From positions 1,240,001 to 1,304,000 of the forward strand of contig ML978125.1 in the NCBI GenBank assembly GCA_010015805.1: DNA of 64,000 nt, read 5' to 3'. Positions within the stretch are counted from its first letter, which is position 1, and every line of letters begins with the position of its first letter. This DNA comes from Rhizodiscina lignyota. Lineage: Eukaryota. Made by a program: the position numbers and the translations under genes. Below are positions 23,079 through 35,000 of this stretch, piece by piece. The notes below the pieces were generated by a model. That model saw only the letters and a program-made list of their open reading frames with translations, was not told the DNA's origin and ran no database searches.

Positions 23079-24106
23079 GGTTGCTGTTGGCTGACGATGA
23101 CAGTGGATCTGAGGTTGGGTAAGGCGAGCAGGGTGAGTGATGGCGGATAATCTTCCCGTTGAGGCAATGAGGTACGCCCCAAATGTGTAATCTTGAGACG
23201 CAAATGCAAATGAAAAGGCTGCTGGGCCGTTCCAATGGCGTTGGAGCAGTGAGGCACAGAAGGTATACTAGGCAAAAGGACGCGCAATACGCTCTTGATA
23301 TGGCCGGAGCGCAGTGACACAAATGCCAGCATTGATTTCTAATGTTGCCCAGCGTCAAAGGCGGGGAGAAGGAACGGACTGGAGACGTTCCGAATGGCTA
23401 AGCCCTGCACTCTCTCCAGACCTTCTTCATCTTCAGTCGAAGATATCGGCCAAAGCCCAATTTAGCTGTTCTTTACATATGCAGCTGTACGATCGCGCGA
23501 GCGAACTCCTGTCCGGCTGCTACCGAAGACCGGGTTCGGTGCTATTTAGGCGGTGGCGGCGGTGTGGACTTCTGCGGCCGCTTTCTCGGATCGAGTATAT
23601 CCTCCATGCAGCACGCGCACGTGACGCTACACCAATCGGTAGGTGGATGTGCATGGCGTGAGATTCGAAGATCTCGGTGATCGAAAGAGGCTCGAAGATT
23701 TGTAGCACAGCGGTTGCTAGGCGATGTCGAGTTAGCGCTGGCAGCGTGGCGAAGCTGGACGGCGAGAAGGGGCCTGGCCGGAAGCCGTCTGTAATTAACG
23801 AGGCAGTAACGCAGCGGTACTGTAAGATTGGCGATCGAGCCGGCAGCGGCTGCCTCTGGCCAATGGCGGCAGGCGGACCGCGAGACGTACGCGGCCACTC
23901 GCTGCAATACGAGGGCAGGCGGGATGACTAACGCACTCCATTTCCACCACCGCAGGCGCAGTTAGCCTGACCTGCATAATCCACAGCACGCTGGGACGAG
24001 GCCAGTAATCGCTTCAGGGTCCTCCGCTCCCCTCCATATATCTATCTATAGTGCGCCTCGTCCTCTCGTTTTGCAAGTTTCGAAACTCGCCTCGCCAACA
24101 GCCGCC

Positions 24107-25481
24107 ATGGAAACGCCGGAAAGCCTCGTCGACGTCCCGCCGCCAAGGCGCAAGACGTTCCCACGGAAGGGCCATACCAAGTCGCGCAAAGGCTGCTACA
24201 ACTGCAAGAGAAGGAAGATAAAGTGCCAGGAGACGCGCCCATCATGCAGCAACTGCGAGAAAGCGGATCTCCAGTGCCAGTATCCCGATGTCGCCTCGCG
24301 ATGGGCGTCAATGGCGGGCGCGCTCGTCGTACAGCCAACTGCGCAGCCGACCGTCTTCTCCATGGAGGACATGCATTTCTTCCACCATTTCATGGTGAGA
24401 GCGTATCCACATCTTCCCGTCGGCGGAGACTCGCTGTGGCAGGGCACGATTCCGGCGTTTGCCCATCAAGTACGTCGTTGCCAGTGTCTTAGTGTATTCC
24501 GCCAATCCTGGTGCTGATCATCACAACAGCATGACTTTCTCATTCACTCAATGCTCGCCTTGGCCGCATCACATCTCAGCATGAACGGGCACGGTGACTA
24601 CAGAGCTGCTGCTTTACAGCATCGCATTGTCGCTGTACGCCTGCTGAACGAATCGCTTTCGAAGGGTGGCGGTAATCAAGGCGAGGCGGATGCGAAACTC
24701 GCCGCTTGCCTTGCTCTGACCTTCCAGTCATCGTACATGGAAGATGGCGTTTATGACTTTTTGACCATGATTCGGGGCTGTGCATTGGTAACGCAAGATC
24801 ATTCGCTCGAGCATCCAACCTCCGCATTCCACTGCTTCAGCGGCGAGAACCATGGACGGACAATGCAAGAACGACTGCGCGAAATGCCCATCAACGAAAT
24901 TGACCCCAAAGTTCTGGACGCTGCAGTTGACTCTCTTGATGCATTAAAACCGCTCTGCCAAGATAACCCTAGAATGAAGGAGTACAGACAAATTCTGTTG
25001 GAGATTGTGCAGCAGACGTACCATTCTCCATTACAAGGTATGTATCGTTCTATATACTCTAGTTGCAAGTATTTTAACGTCTGATCTAGCATACTTCACA
25101 TTCTGTGAAAGTTACAACTGGCCATCGCGCTTGGAGCACTCCGAATTCGCCGCTTTCATCAACCCGGAGAATCAAATCGGACAACTTCTGCTAAGCCACT
25201 TCGTAGCACTGCAGCTTCTACAGCAATGTACCACCGACTTTGTCTGGTCTGAGCGTGATACCGCTCCGCCGTCTACCGTCGTTACCGCGTGGCTGTATAG
25301 GATCGATGAGAATATCAGCCCAGAGCTCAAGCATTTGAACGCCTGGCCTATGAAGCTTGGCGAAGCCTTCAACGACGCCATGAACAGCGGTGGTTTGAAT
25401 ATCAGATTAGGACCAGTCAAGGTGAAAGTCCATTCACCAACTGCATTTGGCTCTCCGAGAAACTTTAGCTTTGATATGTAA
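24107..25481 (+). CDS. Zn(II)2Cys6 transcription factor (Upc2/sterol-uptake-control-like)
   Basis: HTKSRKGCYNCKRRKIKCQETRPSCSNC....QCQY binuclear cluster; introns 24470-24529 and 25038-25089; fungal TF-domain motif FLIHSMLALAASHL. Confidence 0.92.
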
Positions 25482-25775
25482 GTTTTGATCATATTTAGTA
25501 CTTTCCTCTATATCTCTAGACGGCAGCTAATTCCATAAACAGCAACACCATTACCTCACTCATTGGAGTGGATCCAGATGTCGCCAAATCGTTTCCAATG
25601 TAAACCGTTACACCAAACTTTCCGTCGCTACCTTTTGCAATTTTGGACTGGATACCTGATTTAACCTTCCGTGAAGACGTCTCTACCTAAACCTGACAGC
25701 ACACGGCTTCGCGCGAGCCTCATTCGATTTTCCATGACAATACAGATCGCGCCTCGACCTATGATCGACCTGCCT

Positions 25776-26769
25776 TTAAAACTGGGTACCCATCGATGTC
25801 CTCGCTTCAACGTCCGCCGATGTCTTTCGAGCCTCTGGTGTAAGATATTTCGCTGGATGGAAGATAGTAAAGATGGTGATCGCAGGCAGCATCGGCAACG
25901 CTTCGAAGACGTAGAAGGGCCACTCGTGCGTAAAAGTGTATCCGTCGATTCCTTGGCCAAATTCGATTACGCGATAGATGGAACGAATCTGGATCAAGCA
26001 CAGTCAGAAACAGCCATTTTTCCAGCCAAACTATAGATTGGATCAAGGAGCGACGTACCAAAACCAGCGCGCTGCTGATGCAAACGCTATACAACACCTT
26101 CCTCCATCCGTCCGGACTATCTGCTCTCTCACCCTCCCGTTTTACTCGCAGTATGAAAATCACCAATATCGCGATGAAGAACACAAACGTCGCGACCTGC
26201 GTGCCCAATCCAGCGAGCAGCACATCCTGTCCAATATCTGCGGTACTTCCGACCCAGTTGACTGACGCAGCAATACCCGAGCCTGAGGCTTGAATCAGGA
26301 ACGACATGATGTCGCAGCCTACGAAGATCTTGGTAATGCGGTGCGGCTGGATACGTAGGATCCGCTGGTGGGAGGCATCGAGCGCGGCACGGATCAGACG
26401 ACCGATGAGGAGGTAGTTGCCGGCAGCGACGAAGATTGGTGCGAGAATTATGAGGGTTTGAGAGACGGCGTATGGTGGCTATTAGGCCGCCTTGGTCAGC
26501 GTTTCTGTGCATGTCAAGCATAATTACGACGAAGAGCTTACGATCGAATCCTGATTCTTAACCGACACCACTCGAAAGATGTACCCGACTACCTCTAGGA
26601 TTCCTCCGATTAGAACGCACAGGAAGAACCAGCTCCGGTAGCGCAGCACGGTGAGATAGAACGAGTAGACTGTCGGGACGAAGTACAGGACCGTGAAAAC
26701 GATCGCGAGTGCCGTCGAGGGCTGATATAGCCAGATGCTGTCTGGGTGAGAATCGGAATAGGCAGTCAT
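25776..26769 (-). CDS. RTA1-like 7-TM lipid-translocating exporter
   Basis: Exons 26769-26542, 26478-26059, 25988-25776. Motifs YQPS, IGGILEVVGY, LAPIFVAAGNYLLIGR, SFLIQASG, IRSIYRVIEF, HEWPFYVFEALPM and HP. Confidence 0.92.
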
Positions 26770-28493
26770 TTTGATGTTGGTCTTTCTTCCTCAAACTGAA
26801 TTTGGACTGTCTTGGATTGGATGGAAAGCTTTGGTTTTGGTTTCTCTTTCCGTTTGTCGTTCTTATCGTCTCTTGGTTCTGGTTGAACGAACGAATTGGC
26901 CTCTCGAGAGGATAATCAACGTTATGAATTTCTTGAACCTGTCGTCGATCGCCTGGCCTTCTTCTGGTCTGTTTCGCAGTGCCATTACCCAAGCCATTAT
27001 ATACCCACAACCCACCAAATGCGGCGCCATACCTGAGGGTTCAGATACTGCGGGGATTTGATGGCGGCCGCAACAGTGTCGTCTGCACCGTCAATAGAGC
27101 GACGTGCGGATAGGCTGAGTTGGCTTGACTTGCGTGGCCTCATTGAGTCTCGAGGCTCAATAGCGGCCTTGGCGAATGTGGAGGAACGAGTGATGCGCTG
27201 GGTGGAGGTTTCGTCAGGCATCTTTGCGAGTAGAAGGCAGGAAGGCTTGAAGGATTCTGATAGGTTTGCGCAGATAGCGATGGGAGAGCGTGAATATGCC
27301 TTGGGGGATCCGAGGGAGATGTAGCTTTTTAACGCCTTTCGGCTGGGCTTGCGACTTGGTATAACGGCTTTGGGTTCGCTTGCGATGGGGAATGCGGCAT
27401 ATGCGCGCTCTTGGCTTGATGCAATGCGAGGAGGAAGAGCCCTATTCCTTCAATAACGGAGAGCCAGGCTTCGAGGATACTCGAGATTAGGGGAGCATGC
27501 GAAACACTTTTAAACAACCTTCGCTATTCGCGGATTTGGAATTTGGGCCCGCACCGGGGGCGGCGTTTGTTTGCCCGCCAAATAACGCAGATCGTCTCAT
27601 TCATTCTTCTCCATAATGTAACGGCACTGTGGCATACTTTCCGCATCTGACGAGCTGATGCTCGTTTCCAATCCGTTTGCTGAGTGCTAACACATCCTTC
27701 GCGCGCCCCGAGCGCCCGGTTTGCTGGTGAAACGCTTGCTGTGACATGCTCTGTTTGTCGTTGCGTGCGTAACGCGTCCTCTTTTCTTTGCCGTTGCTTG
27801 AAACCGGCTCGCTTTCTTCCCAGCGCGCTGCAAACTTCCTTAGAACGGTGTCCTGACTGACGTTTACGAGAGCCGCATTCGTCGCATTTATGCTCGAATG
27901 CGGAGGCGTCTGATTGGCTGACTGATGGTGGTTCGCGCTGAATACGATGGCTCCGTCGGGTTTGGCCGAGCAGAAAAGCGGGCCTGCCGTGGCTTGTTAG
28001 GGGTCTGAGGCGGCTCCTCATCTTGGCAGTCGATCATCCCGCGGCGGTGCGAGCGGAATGCGAGGGCAGAAGGGGCGAGAGCGGAAGATTTTGTGAACTG
28101 CGTTGTTCCTGATGAGCTCTGACACTGGTCGATCTGGGGGTGGAGACTGAGGACAGCGAAGGGCAAGCCTGGTTGGGAATCATTTTGATGACATAGAATT
28201 CATGGGAGCTCTGAATATGCTCCTTTTCTGCGCAGCGCCGCTCCTGTTCGATTTACTTCTCCTTTCCATCCATCATGCTCTGTTCAGCTGAGGTATCGGT
28301 CTCGCGAGAGGCCGAGCAGAGGCGTTCGGATACTTCTGAGAATGCGAGAGAAGCGCGATGGCAGCGCTTACTCCTTATTCCTTGGAGCCTGCCTGCCCAG
28401 ATCACATATCAATGAGCAATGACATTCTCCTCCCGATTCCCATCCAATAGCATCTTATTGCAGTCGTTCCCAGAAAAAGGAGGTATTATCAAA

Positions 28494-31395
28494 TCATCGC
28501 GTCGTCGTCAAATCAAGAAAGTCCAATTCCTCCCACGCCCAAATTTGCTTCTCTCTCCTCCCGTTTGCACCTGCGCCTTTCAATGGCTTAGCCTTGGCAT
28601 TGCTACTGCTACGTCGTGATGAAGCGCTTCTCAAATCTCCTGCAGTGCTAAACATATCGTTGCTGAATTCGTCCCAGAAACCATTTCCAGCTGAACCAAG
28701 GCGGACGAAGCGCTTCTCCAGAGCCCCCGTCTGAGGCTGAGGCAGAGGAAGAGACGCAATGTCAGTGACGGCCACGAACGTTGACTTGGACTTGATGGTT
28801 ACCGCCTTTGGAGGAGGTTGGTTCCCGGACGTTTCTGTCATCACAGGAAATTTGGTCCACTGTCTTCGAGGTCGCGCCAATGGCCCATCGTTTTCTGTAT
28901 CTTCAAGAGAACTCACCGACTTCTCTACTGACGTAGCATCGCGATGCGAAACTTCCTGTGGCGACTTTCGTGAAGCTATTGTTTCAGGTGATGCAGTGAG
29001 ATCGATCTGCGCAATAGCCTCCCGTCGAGCGGCAGTCTCCGCCGACACGCGCATTGTACGTACTTCCAAATTGGTTGATTGCTGCTCGACAAGTGGTGGC
29101 AATGTTGATGTTGCATTATTTTTTGTGGTTGTCTGTCGACTTGATGTCGATGCCGCGTCCTTTGTCTTCTGCGGTGAGATAGTTTGAGACCTTCGTATCC
29201 ACGCGTCGATCGTGCGCGGAGGTGACGAGGACAATAGAATGGCATCGTCTCTACGTGCAGATGTAGCCATTGGCTGAGGTTGTTGCGTAGACCTTTTGGT
29301 TGCTCTCGTCGTCCTTGCTCTCTTGGGAGCGATGAGCTGTGAAGGGGAGGGCGAATCTTGCTGCAGGGTGAGGTCTAGCTCTGCAATAATTGATGGCGTG
29401 GCAGGGCGGTCAGGATTTCGTTGCTGTGATGTCTTGGGAGCTAGTAAGGAGGCAGGTGACGTTTGAGCTCGCCGCAATGGGGAACGTCGTCGTCGCTTTG
29501 TAACAGTGGGAGGGAGATTGTCTGTAACGTTATGGTTCATCTGTTCTTGCGCTCTTGGCGGAGATGACGAAAGCAGTGAGAGAACAGCAGGTTGATTTTT
29601 AGGGACTTGCGTGCTCGCAAGACCTTTCGTTTGCCGAAATGTCGATGTGATAGTTTGTTGTTTGGATACAGGCTGCGAGAAAGACGTGAAAACATCTAGC
29701 TCTAGCTCTGGCTCTGGCGACTTCGTTGTTGCAGGCCTGGAGACACCAGGCTTCATTGTCTTTGCAAATTTATCGAGCGCACCTCGCTGCATGCCTGCAG
29801 TTTTCGAAGTCTTGGCCTTGCCTTTCGTTGCGACTTTATTGGTACGCCTAGCAGCCAAAGCTTTCTTTGGGTTCCGGAGAGATTCTTCCCAATCTTGCAC
29901 TTTGAGTGGAACACCAACTCGAGCATAAGTCTCCAGCACCCAGGTCTTTTCAAGTCCCATAGGGTCGTACTTTGTAGGAGCGCGACGCTTCGTTGGTGAT
30001 CCTGGGATATCGGGAGCATCTATGTCTTCGATCAGGGCAGCTCCTAGGTCATCTGCCTCGGCCTCGTCTTCAGGTAGCTCATCATCTGGCTCTTCGAGAC
30101 TTAGGTCTATAGGGACGATCTTGTGCGGCACAAAAGCGATCCGAAGCTCGGTGGTATTATCGGTGGAAGCGTGCTCCCGTGTACCATGGATCGAATGAAC
30201 GAGGTGTGCCTCCTCATTCTCCGTTACGGCAAAATCGTCATTCCTCGCATCCGGGCCTTGGCCTCTAATCAAAAGCTCGCGGGTTAGGAGTGCCGGTGAT
30301 AGGTTTCGAATAAAATGCTTTGCTCCGCCGAGCTTGGTCCACGCAAATGCATCTGATGTGAATTCTCGCAGCGCGGGGAAATCTATGTCCAGATCCCAGC
30401 TCAGAGACTGTCGGAGCCTCTCAATCTTTTCTTTGGATGAGACGACAGGGTGAGTGTAATATCCCAACACATCTGGATTTGGAAAATCTTCAGGTATTGA
30501 CAAAGCGGAGTGCTTAGTCCTAAAGAACTTGCTTTCGTTCGTCTGCAGCTCGTATTGCAGCCGTTCTCGCCATGTTCTGAGGGTACTCGCGTCTTTCCTT
30601 GACAGTTCGCAGAGGTCTTTTCCAAACCCAGCTCGTGCAGCTTCACAAGCTGTTTTCGGACCGCATCCAGGGACTCCTTCTGGTATGTAATCCCCTCCAC
30701 TCATCAAAGCGACAAGCACCATGCCTTCTCTATCCAAACCGCTTCGGCCAGCCTTCGTTTTATCGGCCTCATAAAGATTGACATGGGTCGGAGTCTTGGC
30801 CTTGCTCCCTTCTGGTGTCCAATTTCGAATTGTAACCCCGCTGCCGAACATGAGTGTATCCACATCTTCACTCAAGACTGCATCTACGATTCCTTCGCGT
30901 TGTAATAGTGCGCACTCTGCCTCCGCTTCGCCGGGGGCAAGATGGAAGGGAAACCCGAACTGTTTGAGCAGTTGCTTTGCAAGGAATTCGGGAATCGATG
31001 CGACGTTCGGTCCAGTTCTTTTATGTCGTTTGAAAGGTGGTTTATTCGGCCCATCAAAGACGAACAACGGATGTATTGCGAGGGACATGAGACGAAGGAG
31101 GCGATAGTAGAATGTACGGAGGGCTGGGTTGGTCCCACCTGCGGGGAATCAGTGCAATCCATCTCAGAAAGCGAAGGAGCTAGAGAGCATACCTTTGGCA
31201 GATTGTATTTGGAAGAGCCATATCGAAGTATCGATTGCAAGGCGCAATGGTCGTCCTGTCTGCTCGAATTTCTGTACTGCGAGTTTTGATAGAGCTATGC
31301 GCACTCCTGGACCGATCTCTTTGTAGATCCTTTCAGAACATTAGCACTGTGCACCACATAATTTGAGATAGAAAGTCTTACCCATGAATACCCAT
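28494..31395 (-). CDS. GEN1: XPG/Rad2-family Holliday junction resolvase GEN1/YEN1
   Basis: Exons 31395-31382, 31329-31193, 31138-28494. Motifs MGIHG, LAIDTSIW, GGTNPALRTFYYRL, FVFDG, APGEAEAECA, SEDVD and GGDY; long disordered C-terminus. Confidence 0.92.
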
Positions 31396-32039
31396 CGCTC
31401 CCCAGGAAGCATATCCAGCAAGCCAAAGTAAATATTTACTGCGACTGAGCTCGAAATGAGCGTTGTCGCATCGTGTGGAGTAGTTGTCGGTGTCATAGTG
31501 GCGGCTTAACATCGGGTAAATGGTTTGTTTACTAACAACGGTTGCTATCCGTAACCGCCTTATAACCTCATCGAGATCGCGATATGAATCAGGCGCGTAA
31601 AGAGCCTATCCCGAAACTTATGCACTACCATCCTCCCATCGATCTGGCTCACTCACACTCGACTTATTTCTGCCTGTCTATCTTCGAGCGGAAGTAACGA
31701 CTTCGCGTGTTGTTCACTCTCGTTACCGCTTGCTTTCACTGCTATACACAATCTACGGTTGCACTTTCAGGATCTGACATATAGCGTCTGCCAGGTAAGT
31801 GGTATCATATTGGAAATCTCTCCTTTAGAGACCATTGGCAATTTGCGTCTCCAAAACCTTTCACAGCCCTATCCCGCCATTCCATCAATAACAGACATAT
31901 TGATGCGCAATCATGGCTAACGAGACTTCGATTCTAGAGGATATTGTCGTTACGCTACTCTGTTTCTGGGGAGTAGCAATACTTCACCTCACTGTCGGTT
32001 ACGCCCTCCACAAGCTTTCCAACTGGCTACACCGAAGAA

Positions 32040-35000
32040 ATGGCCAGAACTGAGAGCTCGGAACTCTCGTCACCAGACCCTCTCGCCCTTTCACCGACAA
32101 TCTCTCGACGACCGGGATGCCTCAGCTCTCCTTTGCGCAGCACATCTGGCAATGTCATGCGAAAGACGGCCACCCCAACGCGAAACATGACATCGCCGGC
32201 AAAGACAATCACAATGAGCACTGGCAAAGCTCACGGAGCAAGTCCATGGAAGATACGAGTGACGGTTGAAGCTCAGCCAGAAGATTGTGAGGACAATGAC
32301 GAGAATGATCCGTTCAGGGTATCAGTGACGAAGCCCAAGGGTCGCGGCAGAACAGTCAAAGTCCCGCTGAAAGGCCCTGACAGCTCTCCAACAAGTAAAC
32401 GTGGACGGCAACGTGCACCTGCTGGAAAGAAGACAAGACGAGCCAGGACACCGGTGCGGAGGAAGAGAACGAGTGTCACAAAAGTGGACAGCGAGGACGA
32501 CTCGCAGGACGACTCCCGCGACCAGGACTTCACCCTTAAGCCCAAGTCAAAAAAAGGAAGAAGAAAGCAGAGTATATCGAAACTGATTCTCGGAAGCGAC
32601 ATTGACACATCTGAACACACAGACCATAGTGTCCAACCACTCCAGACAGAAGATATATCAACAGTTGAAGATTCAGAGCTACCTTCACATGATCATCCGG
32701 ACGCTTTGGATATGCCAGAGATTCCTTCACCGCCAACTTTCTCATCGATAAACACTCGTCCAGAAAGATATCCCTTGGAGAGTCCAGCAGCGCAGAACCC
32801 ATCCCCGGCTGTGCCATCACAACTTCCAGAAGTTAAACGACGTCTATCGAACGATAGAAAGCCAGAGAAAGCCATTCCGACACCTACAAAGAAACCAAGC
32901 CCTTCGAAAGACCATACTCCTCCTAAACGAACTGCAAGACCGAGCTTTAATTTCACGAAACTGACTCCAGTTGGGCGGAGGGCGCAAGAAACGCCAACAG
33001 AGTCACAGGATGAGGGCGACGATTCGGTTTCTGAAGTGCACTACCAGAGTATAAAAGGGAGGCAATGTATGCCGAAGGAAATTATTGCAATCGAGGATGA
33101 AGAGGAAGATGCTACAATGGATGCGGAGCGGTCCTCAGATGACGAGGACGATATCGCGCCCGCGGAATACGAAGTCGGCGAAAAGACGATGCTTGACTCC
33201 GAAGGCTTCAGTATGGTGTCTCTAGAGTCCGTGGAAACGGGACGAGATGTCACTACAACCGCGGACACCCTGCAACCGGAAAAGTCACAAATGTCGGTCC
33301 GTGAAATAACGCAACTACCGCGGAATATCAGCATTAGCACTACGGTGTCTTCTAGCGAAGAACATGGCTCTCAGCTACTTACACCTTCACCTTCTGGTAG
33401 TTCTATGGCCAACATCGAGAGTCGGCCAGGCACCCCCAGTATCATGCCATCGTCTCCACCGGCCGTGAGAGCAAGCGAGGAACATACACCTTCATTCGCC
33501 CGGCCTTCGTTGTCTCAACCGCCTCAGATTGCTGTACCTTCTTCACACCATCGTGTTACTACACCGCAAATGTCCAAAGTTGCTGGTCTTGGAATGGCGT
33601 TGCAAGGTATCGTGAAATCGCCTATTCTACTAAGCTGTACTACCAAATCGAAGGAGAGTGCAGATTCCGCAGATAATAGCCTTTTCCACGGCTTCAGTGC
33701 GAACACCAGACGCCAACTCCATGCCGGGCTGAAGTTAGGAGAAGAATTGGCCCGCCGCTCTCCTTGTCCAGCTTCAGTATCCAGCTCTAATGGATCCACT
33801 GGCAGCGTCAATTACCCGCGCCTACCAACTCCAGAAGACAACGAGCAAGCTAGTGTCACTGTTCCGCTTCCTCCGACCGAGAAAGTAGACATCCAATATC
33901 CTAGTATGAGCGCCGCTCAACCAGACGACCACCTCTCAAGTTCCGTTCGGAGCTACGATGAAATGAGCTGGATGCCGACAACAGCTCCTAAAGATCGACC
34001 AACTTGCATATCGCCAGACAGCATGGAAGCGCAGTGGCAGCGGGAACGAGAAGCTGTGAGTCGGCAGATCGAGCAAGCAGATCCCAACGAGGTTATTGTG
34101 GTGAACGACAAGGAGGATACCGATGAAGGCATCTCTGAGCTCTCTGTTGTGACCGATCTTGACGAAAAGGAAGACGACTTATCCAAACTCGAGCAGTTGT
34201 TTTCAGACGACTCGAATGCCCAAGTACGTCGTCCGAAGATATCCAGGACCTGGCGCAGACGGAGTTCTGGAGGGTTTGCCTACAGAGACGAACCGCCACT
34301 TGGCAGCTCGCCCCGTGCACTTCGACACAAGGAGAGCGGCGGCAGCAGCAGCAGTAGCGATGCTGTCACTACGCTGTGGCAGCCTGGTACCCGTATTGAT
34401 ACTGTCCGCAAGCCTCGATCTCGTCCTCACCGCTCTCCTCCAAGCGTTCCTGTGCTCGTGCCTGTGCGTGTAGAAACATCGTCTTCGACAGAGACTTTAA
34501 CCTCGTCCACTTCGGCCAGCACTCCTTCTCTTGAACCTGCTACAACCACTGAAACTCTGACGTCTACTTCCGAAGGTTCAGTGCAGACACCACTTGAGTC
34601 TCCAGGCGTGAACGACTCAATGACCAGCGATGATACCGGTTTGTTTTGGCATCGCAATCTCCCCGCTGTCTTCAAAGAGAAGCCAAGGCCAAGACCCCGG
34701 AAATCTTCCTCAATGCTGAAGAGCGATAAGCTGGATCTCTCCGCTCTGCTCACACTCGAAACGCCGATCGATGTGAGCCCGCTACGTACCCCTGGCCGAG
34801 GCTTCGAGACCCCAACAAAGGTGGTGCATACACCTGTTCAAGACTTCCAAACCCCGACAAAGGTGCTGCACACACCTGTTACCGGCCTTCTCACGCCGAA
34901 GAGGGATCTGCTCACACCAGGATTGCGGAGTGCGCTGAAGACACCTGGAATGTCGAGGACATATGATGGTAGCCCGTTGAAGAGCGTCGTTCGTGTCAGC

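Noticed and set aside
26770..28493. Short ORFs in the 1.7-kb region between RTA1 and GEN1
   Set aside because: No motifs or consistent splice structure; most simply the RTA1 promoter and GEN1 3' region.
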